A stretch of 50,293 nucleotides of DNA from positions 1-50,293 of the IMG/VR virus record IMGVR_UViG_3300047409_000283; one strand, given 5' to 3'. This document shows, piece by piece, positions 28,102-37,293 of this stretch. Below the pieces are notes generated by a model. The model ran no database searches. It was not told where the DNA came from and worked only from the letters and a program-made list of their open reading frames with translations. The stretch comes from a virus. Its lineage: Duplodnaviria; Caudoviricetes. The translations under genes and the position numbers were made by a program. Each line of letters begins with the position of its first letter. The stretch's first letter is position 1.

Positions 28102-29333
28102 TGGATTGTACTCACTGTGGATTGTTGTTGAACTTTAACGATACGGTAAATGGTAACACCCGACCTGTTTTCAGTTCGGATGACACGCCCGGCTTCCAGA
28201 GTCGCGAGGATAATATCCAGATTTTGGCTGCTTCCCACGTCGCGCCACATCGCGCCCATTAAATCAGCACGAGTGACGAACGTCAGCTTGGACTTCATCT
28301 CGATGTAACGTAAGACTTTGTCCATCACCGTCGCAAGCTCGCTATCGCCTACGGCACGGAACACCCGTTTGAGGTTCTCGGTGACACCGTTAACCATCGC
28401 GATGGCACTAGCCATGTCAACGAAGTTGATTATCATATTGTCGAAGCGTGCCACTGTCAACACCATTGCCAGCTTCAGTGCGTGGTACGGACGTGACGTT
28501 TCATAGGACGCCGTTGCTTCATCCGCGAACTCGTCTCCTTTGGTGTTGACGTAATAGTCCTCAAACATCTTCTTGGCGTGTGGGTCGAAGCTGAAAGCAC
28601 CTTTAAGCTGACCGATGTGTTTCAGATCGTCGATAAGTGCATCACGTATGGGGTCATTACCGTTCCGTTGCATCGGCCACGGTATGCTTTTGGTCTTTTC
28701 TGAATCGTACACGAAGTTACAGCGTCGCACGAAACCACCGCCTACGGCTTGCGACGGAAACAGGATAGCAACCTGCGACGGTGTACAGCCGCCCAGCAGC
28801 GTTGGACAGGGCTTGGAGATCTTCACGAGTCCCTTACCGCGTGTACCGTACTCGTAGGTGCCGTCTTTGGATTCCCATAGCTCTTTTAGTGGCGACATAG
28901 CGTCGCTGGACAGGATGAGATCTTCCAATTCGGGCGCGCTTATGAAGCATGTGCTGTCCAGTGCAAACGTTACAGTGCCGCTCGGCCCTCCTTGAAACGA
29001 CAGTTGCGCCGCCGCATTACCGCGGTCGGAGATCTTTTCGAGGATGTACTGAATGGTCAACTTGTCACTCACGATGTTGGCGACACCGCCCTCACGTAGT
29101 AATGCCACGGCTGGATTGATAGACCTTCCCTTTCCCAAACCAGTGTGTCCCACAAGGACGGTGTACAGATTGGGAAAGAGGTTGAAATCACCTCGATTCA
29201 CCCAAACATTCCGTTTCAGAGCACCAGCGATGACGGTTGCTGCTGACCAAGTGTGGTAACTGGTGGGACTTTCAGAGGTCTGTTCAATCCACGATAAATA
29301 CTCTGCAATCCAGCCACGTCTGAGAGCGCGCAT
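28098..29333 (-). CDS. DUF3987/YfjI-like P-loop ATPase (putative replicative helicase)
   Basis: ESP.SYH.W....IAGALKR, PNLY.VLVG.TGLGK, TLLGGCTP, GGFVRR, ALKLAM. Confidence 0.75.
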   Translation of the reverse strand: MRALRRGWIAEYLSWIEQTSESPTSYHTWSAATVIAGALKRNVWVNRGDFNLFPNLYTVLVGHTGLGKGRSINPAVALLREGGVANIVSDKLTIQYILEKISDRGNAAAQLSFQGGPSGTVTFALDSTCFISAPELEDLILSSDAMSPLKELWESKDGTYEYGTRGKGLVKISKPCPTLLGGCTPSQVAILFPSQAVGGGFVRRCNFVYDSEKTKSIPWPMQRNGNDPIRDALIDDLKHIGQLKGAFSFDPHAKKMFEDYYVNTKGDEFADEATASYETSRPYHALKLAMVLTVARFDNMIINFVDMASAIAMVNGVTENLKRVFRAVGDSELATVMDKVLRYIEMKSKLTFVTRADLMGAMWRDVGSSQNLDIILATLEAGRVIRTENRSGVTIYRIVKVQQQSTVSTIQ

Positions 29334-30709
29334 TTCACCGTTTTCATTTCGTTGAGGTTGTAGCCGAATTCTACTTCAATAGGTATTTGAAATTCGAGTC
29401 CTTTGGGGAGTCTGATTCTTCGATTGAAAGCTTCTTGTAACCAAGACGTAGCATCGCGAACCCCATCGAATGTATCAGGGACTTCAACTGTGACTGCGTC
29501 GTGGTCGTCGAGGACAACGTGTCCCGGATGGAATCGCTCAAGCCAAAGGATAGCGAACCCTGTATTGGTTCCAACGGTGCCTTGTGGGATTTGGGCATAG
29601 CCCTCCTTCATTATCTTCTTGTTATCACCGTAGTCCCGAAGACCAAAGAACTGACGTGTAAACCCAAATGGTGTCGTGAGACAGCGATTAACCCGGAGTT
29701 GTTCTTGGACATAGTGATGATACACATGTCGAATACCGGGATCTTTCTGATGGAAACGCTCCAAGAGCCAGGCACAGAAAGATTCTTTAACAACATGACC
29801 TTCCTTGGCCATCTCACCCGCGAAGCGGAATGCTTCCATGTCGTAATTACCAGCATGACGTACCTTCTTTCCCATGAAACGTTCTGGGGTGTCTTTACCG
29901 CACTGATCCAGAGGCTTGCCGAAAATGAACGACGCCAGCCGCGCGTGGCGGTCTACGCCTGCAAGCAGCTCATTGAAGCCAGCGCGGTCGCCCGACTGAT
30001 CCGCGATGATACCTTGTACTAACCAATCTTCAGCACTGACTTGATCACATTTAACGAATATCCTTCCCGGACGAGAAACAAGGCACTCTCGATATCGACT
30101 AGCAAGGTCTGTGTGTTTTGGCTGGTTTTGTAAATTCGAGCCAAGTCCGAGGTAATTTTCTCTGCAACTTCTTCGTCCAGTGACTGTGCCTGTGACGAAG
30201 TAAGCTCCATACAACGTATTGCCCTCAAGTTCGACGTCAATGTAAGTTCCAAGGAGCTTATTAAGCTCGCGAACTCTTTGTTGTTCCTTGAGGAAGGGGT
30301 GTCCGGTTTCTGCGTAGAGTTCATTTAATGACTCCTCATCACTGCTTTCAGACCACGTGTTATCAGCACGCTTTTTCTTCGGCGGTGTCATGCCGAGGCT
30401 ACGCAGTACGTCTAGTATCTGCGGGGTGGACGAGAGATTAAGAACCTTAGGGTCAGGCTTCGCTTTAGGAGCACTACGAGCAATGACAGTCTTACCGCCC
30501 ACGTAATTCGATATACGTTGACAAGAGGATCGAAGTTCTTGTTGGACAAAATCACGTAGCGCGTCCAGCTTGGTAGTGTTAACACAAACGCCGCGCTGAT
30601 TGATTTCGTAGAAAGCACGTGCCAAAGGCATCTGATACAATTCATAATACTCCCTCGGAGTGAGTTTACCGGGATCACGGAAGTTAAGCTGCGACGCCAC
30701 GGGCGGCAA
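29216..30709 (-). CDS. polA: Family A DNA polymerase, polymerase domain only
   Basis: TVTGRRS, NLQNQP, motif A DQVSAE, motif B RFMGKKVRHAGNY, PQGT, motif C HDA; likely GTG start a few codons in, after GAGGAG. Confidence 0.9.
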   Translation of the reverse strand: MPPVASQLNFRDPGKLTPREYYELYQMPLARAFYEINQRGVCVNTTKLDALRDFVQQELRSSCQRISNYVGGKTVIARSAPKAKPDPKVLNLSSTPQILDVLRSLGMTPPKKKRADNTWSESSDEESLNELYAETGHPFLKEQQRVRELNKLLGTYIDVELEGNTLYGAYFVTGTVTGRRSCRENYLGLGSNLQNQPKHTDLASRYRECLVSRPGRIFVKCDQVSAEDWLVQGIIADQSGDRAGFNELLAGVDRHARLASFIFGKPLDQCGKDTPERFMGKKVRHAGNYDMEAFRFAGEMAKEGHVVKESFCAWLLERFHQKDPGIRHVYHHYVQEQLRVNRCLTTPFGFTRQFFGLRDYGDNKKIMKEGYAQIPQGTVGTNTGFAILWLERFHPGHVVLDDHDAVTVEVPDTFDGVRDATSWLQEAFNRRIRLPKGLEFQIPIEVEFGYNLNEMKTVKCALSDVAGLQSIYRGLNRPLKVPPVTTLGQQQPSSLVL

Positions 30710-31868
30710 ACTCCTCTTCTTGACGTTGAAAGACTTCTAGTGTAACACAGACGTCCTTGCAGTTGTACCGTTTCATCTTCTGGCGGTCTTTAACCGACCA
30801 GTCTTTGCCTTCGTCCTTGTAATAGGGCTCTCGGGTATACTGAAAGGTCTGAAAATCAAGTTTATGCGATAATTCTGGCCAAAGCGTATGATGTCGTACA
30901 AGTGTGTCATGAACCAACTGAATATCAGGGCTAAATCCGATATACTGCAACCACGGTAAATCGTGCGTGTAATAATTTTGACCAACTTGCGTTCTTCGTT
31001 GTAAAACCTCATTGATAAGTGACCACACTTGGGTTGTTTTATTCTTTTCGTATTCCGCGAGCCCAATGGACATACCGAAAAGAGGATCGATGCTAAAACC
31101 GACGACGTAGGGTACTCGATTACGTTGCTTAACCTTGTATTTGCCACGGTACACTCCGATGTTTTCGATGTCTATGGAAACCACTGTCTGCGGCGGGGAT
31201 GCCAATATGGATCGGAGATAGTCGATCGCGTCGTCGGCGGGAGGATCGCTGATGAGCTGACGCTGGGGGAGGGGCTGCAACTGATTGGAATGCGTCTTCC
31301 AGTAGTTGTATTCTTCAGCAACACGAGCGAGGCATAGGATGTCGATCTGTCTTTCCTCCCACGCTCGGAAGATGAACGCCGGGTGGTAAGCAGGCAGAAT
31401 GTAATGCTCCCACGGGAGCGTATCACACCGTAGAATTGAACCGCGGTATTTGGAGATCTCAGCATGGCCTGTTCGCTTGGAGATAGTAAATGGACACAGT
31501 AGTCCAAGTGGAGTCGCTCCAAGTGGGACGATGAAGGTGGGACGATAAACATTTAGTTCCTCCCAGAACTGCTCTACAAAGAGTCGAAGGTCAATTCCGA
31601 GCTCTCCAAGACGGTCAATTTTGTTATCGGGAGGCCGGGTCTTATAAGGATTCGTCCACCAGCATCCAGACGGATCGATACCTGACTCAAGTAACATTCG
31701 ATCGAGCTCCCGTCCGCTTGCTCCACAAAAAGGGATACCCTGTTGGTCTTCGTCGGCCCCTGGTGCTTCTCCAACAAAGCAGATTGGAGCTCCGTTAGTT
31801 CCACGAGTGCCCACATAATGCAGTCCTTTCGCCGTGCAAGCGGCTTTTAACTCTTCAGTTTTTGTCAT
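30684..31868 (-). CDS. Uracil-DNA glycosylase (family 4-like) fused to 3'-5' exonuclease; N-terminal half of split PolA
   Basis: VGEAPGADED..G.PF.G.SG and YHPA UDG motifs; DIE, GQN..HD, HDT and YNCKD Exo I-III motifs. Confidence 0.88.
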   Translation of the reverse strand: MTKTEELKAACTAKGLHYVGTRGTNGAPICFVGEAPGADEDQQGIPFCGASGRELDRMLLESGIDPSGCWWTNPYKTRPPDNKIDRLGELGIDLRLFVEQFWEELNVYRPTFIVPLGATPLGLLCPFTISKRTGHAEISKYRGSILRCDTLPWEHYILPAYHPAFIFRAWEERQIDILCLARVAEEYNYWKTHSNQLQPLPQRQLISDPPADDAIDYLRSILASPPQTVVSIDIENIGVYRGKYKVKQRNRVPYVVGFSIDPLFGMSIGLAEYEKNKTTQVWSLINEVLQRRTQVGQNYYTHDLPWLQYIGFSPDIQLVHDTLVRHHTLWPELSHKLDFQTFQYTREPYYKDEGKDWSVKDRQKMKRYNCKDVCVTLEVFQRQEEEFAARGVAA

Positions 31869-31998
31869 GTTCTTTTATTAGAGTCAAGTCGATCATGTCA
31901 CCGCACTCAGTACATTCCAGTGCATTCTCTGTTAACCAATCTGGAATGGGACGAGTTGGTTTTACCAGTTCACCTTCGTTACAAATTGGACATTTCAC
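31855..31998 (-). CDS. 47-aa zinc-ribbon protein (not in ORF track)
   Basis: GTG overlapping upstream TGA; MKCPIC...ECTECG. Confidence 0.6.
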   Translation of the reverse strand: MKCPICNEGELVKPTRPIPDWLTENALECTECGDMIDLTLIKEHDKN

Positions 31999-33503
31999 AA
32001 GACACCTAACCGCGACCGGATGAGAACGCAATTCGCTGGCTCCAACTCAAACAGAATGGCCTTGCGTTTGGCGCGCAATGCCGCCTCGCCTGTCGTACCG
32101 GCGCCGGCGAACATGTCTAGCACGACGCAGTCAGGTGTGGTCATGTCGAGGATGAACTTCTCCATTATTCCGACTGGTTTCTGCGCGGCGTGGAGTCGTT
32201 CGGGGCCTCGGACTGAGGGTAGCGCCAGTGAATTAGATAAGTTTGGACGTAGAAATCGTGGCACCCCTTTTGACGCAATAAGTGCTGGATCGTAGCTTTT
32301 GGAGTATCGAGCGAATCCGTCTGGCGGCGCAGTACGATCACGTAGCCAAATAAATGGATAAGGGTCAACAGTAAACCCAGCAGTGACAAGAGCAGAATAC
32401 AATACATCGTGATATCCCATGCCATAAAAAAACACTCCAAAGCGATTGTCTTGTAACACACGGTAAGACGCTACCGCGACGTCGGCACAGAGTTCAACAA
32501 TGTTAAGGTCACTATCGCTGAACTGACCGAGACCAGCACCATGAGCAGCGGATGATGAACCCAGGCCGATGTTATAAGGCAAATCAGTGAGAACCAAGTC
32601 AACACTGGAATCAGGAACCGTAGGAATGTTGTTTTGGAAGGCACCTTCATACAACGTCCACCTTTCTGAAACCGGCGGGGTGGGGCCAGCATCACCAGAG
32701 CCACTGGTCGCGCTGCCCACCCCTACTGTCGTCGAGGCACGGTTGGCCGCCGTCTCACCACTGTTATGAGCAGTGGTCACGACAGATTTCTTTGCTTGAA
32801 TTTGCATCGCCGCGACGGTAACGGCTACACCCAGCTTACGTTGGGCGTCCGCGCGGGTTGGCATTGACGCTAACGCTGGGTGCTTCTCGACGAAACCAGC
32901 GAGCTCAATATCACGACTGGTCGTGCTGGGATTCTCTCCTAGCATGGATGCCATCGCACGTAGACTGAATCCACTGTGCGGGCCAGACTTACCAGCACCG
33001 AATCCAGGGCCGTCGCCTAGAAGTTTTTGCATGATCTCAAAGAGACGTTTTTTACCGAGGATCTCCTCGACCCATGTTAGTTCCTTGCGCTTGAGGTTCT
33101 CCTCGATCTCCATCGCCATGAGCCGGACTGGATCGAGTTCATCTTTGAACACGTAGTCCTGACCGTGAACAAGCTGATCTCGTTTCAGCAAAAGCAACGC
33201 AGCATGACGCCGGCCGCCTGCTATGAGCCTGTAGTTACGCGCGATGACAATTGGCTGAATCAACCCGTGCTTCTCAATGCTGTTAGCAAGAGAACGAACA
33301 TCACCTAGATCATGTCTCATGCGATCTGCGACGATCACACTGGTTATTTTAATTGTGTTGCCTAGAGCAACATTAACTTGGACTTCTTCGAGCACGTGAC
33401 CTCCCATTGCGTGAATAATGACGGTGATTGGGTCGTTATTTAACGGGTTGCTCTTGTTGTCGCTCTGTAACAACAGGTTGCAAGTCCGGCAGAGTATCTC
33501 CAC
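31995..33503 (-). CDS. ParB/Srx-domain plus beta-class N6A/N4C DNA methyltransferase fusion
   Basis: LANSIEKHGLIQPI, LIAGGRR and EENLKR (ParB); DLVLTDLPY, H..QKP and VLDMFAGAGTT (MTase). Confidence 0.88.
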   Translation of the reverse strand: MEILCRTCNLLLQSDNKSNPLNNDPITVIIHAMGGHVLEEVQVNVALGNTIKITSVIVADRMRHDLGDVRSLANSIEKHGLIQPIVIARNYRLIAGGRRHAALLLLKRDQLVHGQDYVFKDELDPVRLMAMEIEENLKRKELTWVEEILGKKRLFEIMQKLLGDGPGFGAGKSGPHSGFSLRAMASMLGENPSTTSRDIELAGFVEKHPALASMPTRADAQRKLGVAVTVAAMQIQAKKSVVTTAHNSGETAANRASTTVGVGSATSGSGDAGPTPPVSERWTLYEGAFQNNIPTVPDSSVDLVLTDLPYNIGLGSSSAAHGAGLGQFSDSDLNIVELCADVAVASYRVLQDNRFGVFFYGMGYHDVLYSALVTAGFTVDPYPFIWLRDRTAPPDGFARYSKSYDPALIASKGVPRFLRPNLSNSLALPSVRGPERLHAAQKPVGIMEKFILDMTTPDCVVLDMFAGAGTTGEAALRAKRKAILFELEPANCVLIRSRLGVL

Positions 33504-33663
33504 GTGGCACCTTGCCTGTACCTAAACAGGTTGGACATGTGTCAGTTGACTCGATCCACTGCTTGCCGTGGACAGAACACTCACCTTTTTCGTTCAACTG
33601 CTCGTGACAGTAGGTATTACACTTACCGCTGTCACCGATGGGAATTTGAACAGTGCATTTCAT
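33436..33663 (-). CDS. Small Cys-rich protein with CxxCxGxG motif
   Basis: GAGGGG RBS; CPTCLGTGKV. Confidence 0.55.
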   Translation of the reverse strand: MKCTVQIPIGDSGKCNTYCHEQLNEKGECSVHGKQWIESTDTCPTCLGTGKVPRGDTLPDLQPVVTERQQEQPVK

Positions 33664-33679
33664 TTTTGAACCCCTCTAT

Positions 33680-33778
33680 TGACGGCCAGGACTCTACGTC
33701 CTGCTTTGACGTAATTACGACTAGCTAGCTACCCGTCGTCATCACGTGGCTCCGCTAGTACGTCAGCTTTGGCCGTCA
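33680..33778 (-). ncRNA. Candidate structured RNA (multi-stem) in intergenic/leader region
   Basis: Outer TGACGGCCA/TGGCCGTCA pair enclosing TGACGTA/TACGTCA, ACGAC/GTCGT and AGGAC/GTCCT stems. Confidence 0.4.
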
Positions 33779-33921
33779 CCACAGGATTTCTCTTTTACAG
33801 AATGCCACACGATGTCATACTCGTTACCGAGAGCGTTCTGAAGGAGTTCATGAAGCTCTTCTGCTCTGTATCCTTTGTCATCAGCCCTGTACTCGAAGAC
33901 AACTTCAAATGTCTGTTTCAT
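33763..33921 (-). CDS. 52-aa hypothetical protein (not in ORF track)
   Basis: GAGGG RBS; MKQTFEVVFEYRADDKGY... Confidence 0.5.
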   Translation of the reverse strand: MKQTFEVVFEYRADDKGYRAEELHELLQNALGNEYDIVWHSVKEKSCGDGQS

Positions 33922-33923
33922 TG

Positions 33924-34012
33924 GTTAGCCCTCTACGCTCCAGTCATTTTACATCGATGCCCGATGTTGTGCGAAAGCACACGGCGATGTGACTGGAGCG
34001 CACAGGGCTAAC
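33924..34012 (-). ncRNA. Long mRNA hairpin (RNase III-like stem) covering the RBS of the 52-aa ORF
   Basis: GTTAGCCCT..CGCTCCAGTCA pairs with TGACTGGAGCG..AGGGCTAAC, about 22 bp; G-U wobble favours - strand. Confidence 0.5.
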
Positions 34013-34027
34013 GCCCTGCGCTTACAG

Positions 34028-34564
34028 CTACGACTGAATCAACGACTCCATGTGATTCACCGTGCACCCCGCCACACGGCACACATAGCGTTTGATGTCC
34101 ACTTGTGTGTCCGTCGGCTTCGCGCCCGGCTTGCGCGACTTCACCTCAGCGAGCTCGATGGTTCCGATTTCGTTGAGCAGTGGGCCGTGATACTGACCCC
34201 AGTTGGTGACCGCAGCTTCGCTGTTGCTCTGCGATGTGTCACCGTCGAAGTAGCCAGGGATGTCGACGTTCTCACCGTTCTCGGTCATCGGCGCGCCGAA
34301 TGCGTGGCAGAAGTCTTGCACACGCGGTAAGAACGACAGGTTCAGTGACTCGAACAACTTCTGTCCGTTCAGCGGCTTACCGCTGGCGTCGCTGCGTGAG
34401 TCGTTGACCACTTTGATCTCAGGGTTGAGATTCACGGATTGGTCTTTTCCTTCTTTCTTTTTGGACAGCTTGGGTTTGAATCCGGTGAAAATCACCTGAA
34501 TCATACCGGCTGGCAAGTTGGGACGTGGTTCCAGTGCACTCTTCGGGAATGTTAGATTTGGCAT
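34028..34564 (-). CDS. Putative ssDNA-binding protein (DUF669-like OB fold)
   Basis: LPAG..V.F.G..P.LSKK...SVNL...GQKLFE.L; follows Sak4-like gene. Confidence 0.5.
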   Translation of the reverse strand: MPNLTFPKSALEPRPNLPAGMIQVIFTGFKPKLSKKKEGKDQSVNLNPEIKVVNDSRSDASGKPLNGQKLFESLNLSFLPRVQDFCHAFGAPMTENGENVDIPGYFDGDTSQSNSEAAVTNWGQYHGPLLNEIGTIELAEVKSRKPGAKPTDTQVDIKRYVCRVAGCTVNHMESLIQS

Positions 34565-34591
34565 TGTTTTGTTCTCTTTTCTGTGTGTGAT

Positions 34592-35527
34592 TTACTTCTT
34601 CTGAAGCGACTTAGCGTCGCGCAGAACTGTTTCGATGTTGGGTACGAGAATTTTGTCGACACCCAACGCGGTTGCGGCCTGAACGAACTTACCGTCTGGA
34701 TCACAAAAAATTTTTGGTATCTTTCCCGACTCGCGCGTCAAACGCCAGACTTCGTTGAAATACACCAACAAAGTGTGGTAACGACGCGGGAACACCTCGA
34801 TCTTCCCGGTGTAAATGGGATTCTCCTGAGTGGAGCGCTCGTCTTGTTCCATCGCTTCGTGGAGGATGCAGATCACGTTCATTGCTTTTGCGACTGGCTC
34901 GTGGTCTACGACTTTAGGATCGGTATGAGCGAGGTGTCCGACACCGTTGTTGCCTTTGGCGTAAGTAACGGACTTGAAACACGTTTTGCAATGCAGCAAA
35001 GCGCGGCCCTGTAAGATGGCTCCCGTAACCATCTCCATTTCACCGCCCCATGCGTGATACGACTTCGCCACACGATAAGTTCGGCCGCCGATTTGGAAGG
35101 CTTTCGTTATACCACCGTCGCCGGTGCCACCAGAGTACAGCACGAAACGACGTGCGCTGTCGCTGATGGTTTGAATGGAATCATACACCAATGTGTCAAC
35201 GCACTTGTCGCCACACGCGGCGAAGCTACCATGTAGATCTTTCAGTAGTGGTGATTTTTCCAACTGGCCCAGAACACCGAGCAGTTCGTTGAATGCAGTG
35301 GGCATTAAGTTGGTGTCGGTTGGGTCGGCGAACGTCAGACCATAGATGTTCTTGGCGTTTGGATGTGAGCGTAGCGCAGCAAGACGCTGATCAAAGTCAA
35401 GGAACAAGATGTTACCCGGTGCTGTCGCAGCGAGGTAGGATTTACCGGCTTTTTTGTCACCAACGAGTAACAGTGCAAGCTCGTCGGTGGGTGATTCGGT
35501 TTGGAGTGTGTGAGGTGTGATTGTCAT
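34592..35527 (-). CDS. Sak4/AAA_24-like recombination ATPase
   Basis: LLVGDKKAGKS Walker A, FLDFD, TLVYDSI, ICILHE, YFNEVW. Confidence 0.8.
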   Translation of the reverse strand: MTITPHTLQTESPTDELALLLVGDKKAGKSYLAATAPGNILFLDFDQRLAALRSHPNAKNIYGLTFADPTDTNLMPTAFNELLGVLGQLEKSPLLKDLHGSFAACGDKCVDTLVYDSIQTISDSARRFVLYSGGTGDGGITKAFQIGGRTYRVAKSYHAWGGEMEMVTGAILQGRALLHCKTCFKSVTYAKGNNGVGHLAHTDPKVVDHEPVAKAMNVICILHEAMEQDERSTQENPIYTGKIEVFPRRYHTLLVYFNEVWRLTRESGKIPKIFCDPDGKFVQAATALGVDKILVPNIETVLRDAKSLQKK

Positions 35528-35766
35528 TGGATGCGCCCCATAAGCATTTGGATGACATCAACCGAGGTACTCATGAGTCGATCCAATCTTCGTTGGAGAT
35601 CATGAATATGCTGTGCTTGTGAATACTCTTGAGGTTGTACTTGATTGAGGATTCCGTAATGTTCTTTCTGTCGATGCTCATCAAGTGATTTCAGAGTGGA
35701 ACATTTCTTACCACAATCGAGACACGTTCTTGACTTCCATGCTTTGTTAATCTTTGGTTTTCTCAT
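35524..35766 (-). CDS. Small protein with classical C2H2 zinc finger
   Basis: CLDCGKKCSTLKSLDEHRQKEH. Confidence 0.7.
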   Translation of the reverse strand: MRKPKINKAWKSRTCLDCGKKCSTLKSLDEHRQKEHYGILNQVQPQEYSQAQHIHDLQRRLDRLMSTSVDVIQMLMGRIQ

Positions 35767-35779
35767 GGTTTGACTTTCC

Positions 35780-35938
35780 TTATAAGTCCTTATGAGTTGA
35801 TTTTTCTATTTGTGATTCCTGTAAAAAGTTACGTAAGAATGTACACACCGGACACGAACATCCACCTTGACCATCTGGATCAAAACCACCGTGTTCCATT
35901 GAAAACTCAAGATGATCACAAAGCTCGTCAAAAGACAT
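35780..35938 (-). CDS. 52-aa Cys/His protein (not in ORF track)
   Basis: GAGGA RBS; LCDHL...CSCPVC. Confidence 0.5.
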   Translation of the reverse strand: MSFDELCDHLEFSMEHGGFDPDGQGGCSCPVCTFLRNFLQESQIEKSTHKDL

Positions 35939-35939
35939 G

Positions 35940-36983
35940 TTAGTCCTCTACATCGTACGGTATCCACGGTGCAATCTTAACGAAGTCACTACGCAGTGTC
36001 GCCTCGCGCACGTTGGGTGGCACTGAGCACGCTCGACGGAACATACAGCCATGATAAAACTGGTGGCAAGCCGACTCGCGCGGCGGAAAGTAGTTGCGTT
36101 CAATGCTCTCGCGTAAGCGACGGCATTTCTCCATCACGCTGCGACGCCATTCCTCGATCTCAGCGTCGCTGTAGTTAGGGTACACTGGTAGAAAGCGCGG
36201 GGCGCGGACACCGCTGCGTGGTTTGTCAGTAGGACGGAAACGCGCGCACACCATGATGATGCACTTCGTAGGCGCCTTCGGCCCGATGTGCATCTCAGAT
36301 GACTCTAGGTTTTGTGCCATCATTTGAATCATCTTGCTAACAGCAAAGATGTAACCCGCTGTCTGCGGATGTGGTTTGTATTGCACCGACGCGTTGCTTG
36401 GCACTGCATCTTTCGTCTTGAAGTCCAGTGGCATCACCATGTTCTGAGAACGATCTAGTATGACTAAGTCTGGTTTACCGCCGTAATACACGACGACTTT
36501 GTCGTCTTCACCCAACGGTAGTTCGTCTTTCCAGCCGAATCCTAGCTCCGCGCCGATGATCTGCCACTGCGTGAAGTGCTGCTGGCCGAATGCCTGTAAG
36601 TATTCAAGAGCCATTAAACGACCGCCATCCAAGCCACCAAACTTGTCAAATACTTCTGCGTCGCTGTTTTTGTAGTCCTCCATCTTGTGTTCTAACCACG
36701 CTTCAGTGGCGAATTTGTACATCAGATGATCAGTGGGCAGGACACCGTGCGACATGTCACTGTAGAATAGTTCCATCACGGATGACCACCACGAGCCGAG
36801 GGCGATCTTGATGTTTAACGTTTTACTGCCGTACACAAGACCCGCAGGGTCGCCCATGTGACGGAACTCGAAGTAACGGTCACATGTGTTGTGGTCGTTA
36901 ATGGTGTGATGGTCGACACGAAAGCGGTAGCGACCATCTGGTAAAATCTCGTAGAATTGATGTGGTTGTATTGTCATAAGCAC
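35940..36983 (-). CDS. PD-(D/E)XK exonuclease (RecB/Cas4-like)
   Basis: GAE, GKPDLV, DFKT, Q..GY, and C...C..C..C Fe-S-type Cys arrangement. Confidence 0.82.
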   Translation of the reverse strand: MLMTIQPHQFYEILPDGRYRFRVDHHTINDHNTCDRYFEFRHMGDPAGLVYGSKTLNIKIALGSWWSSVMELFYSDMSHGVLPTDHLMYKFATEAWLEHKMEDYKNSDAEVFDKFGGLDGGRLMALEYLQAFGQQHFTQWQIIGAELGFGWKDELPLGEDDKVVVYYGGKPDLVILDRSQNMVMPLDFKTKDAVPSNASVQYKPHPQTAGYIFAVSKMIQMMAQNLESSEMHIGPKAPTKCIIMVCARFRPTDKPRSGVRAPRFLPVYPNYSDAEIEEWRRSVMEKCRRLRESIERNYFPPRESACHQFYHGCMFRRACSVPPNVREATLRSDFVKIAPWIPYDVED

Positions 36984-37023
36984 CCGTTCAGCACGAGCAT
37001 CCCCGCCAGCAGTAAAAGAGATT

Positions 37024-37293
37024 TCATTTCGGCTCCAGTCTTACATTTGGCACATTCTCGCGCTCTTTTAGTAGGTCGCGGATTTCTCCTAAGCGCACAG
37101 CTATAACCAACAGGGGAACCCATACAATTGACAGCCAAAGGATTAATATTCCAAGGATTCCGTCATTCATCTCGCCTCCCCCAGCGCAGCGGTTTTCATC
37201 GAGACCTCCCGGCCTCACGCTTGCGAATCTCCTCCAGAAGATTTGCATGATGCGTTCAAGCACTCGTCCATTGTTCGTGTTCGGCGTTTCCAT
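37024..37293 (-). CDS. Hypothetical membrane protein (may start at internal ATG, MNDGILG)
   Basis: One TM segment; two possible RBS/ATG pairs. Confidence 0.5.
   Translation of the reverse strand: METPNTNNGRVLERIMQIFWRRFASVRPGGLDENRCAGGGEMNDGILGILILWLSIVWVPLLVIAVRLGEIRDLLKERENVPNVRLEPK

Noticed and set aside
33680-33778. Hammerhead ribozyme, tRNA or known riboswitch
   Set aside because: Lacks CUGAnGA/GAAA core and tRNA T-loop/cloverleaf; kept only as an unassigned structure
35940-36983. Cas4 or CRISPR system
   Set aside because: No repeat-spacer array or other cas genes; context beside Sak4 and SSB indicates a recombination exonuclease
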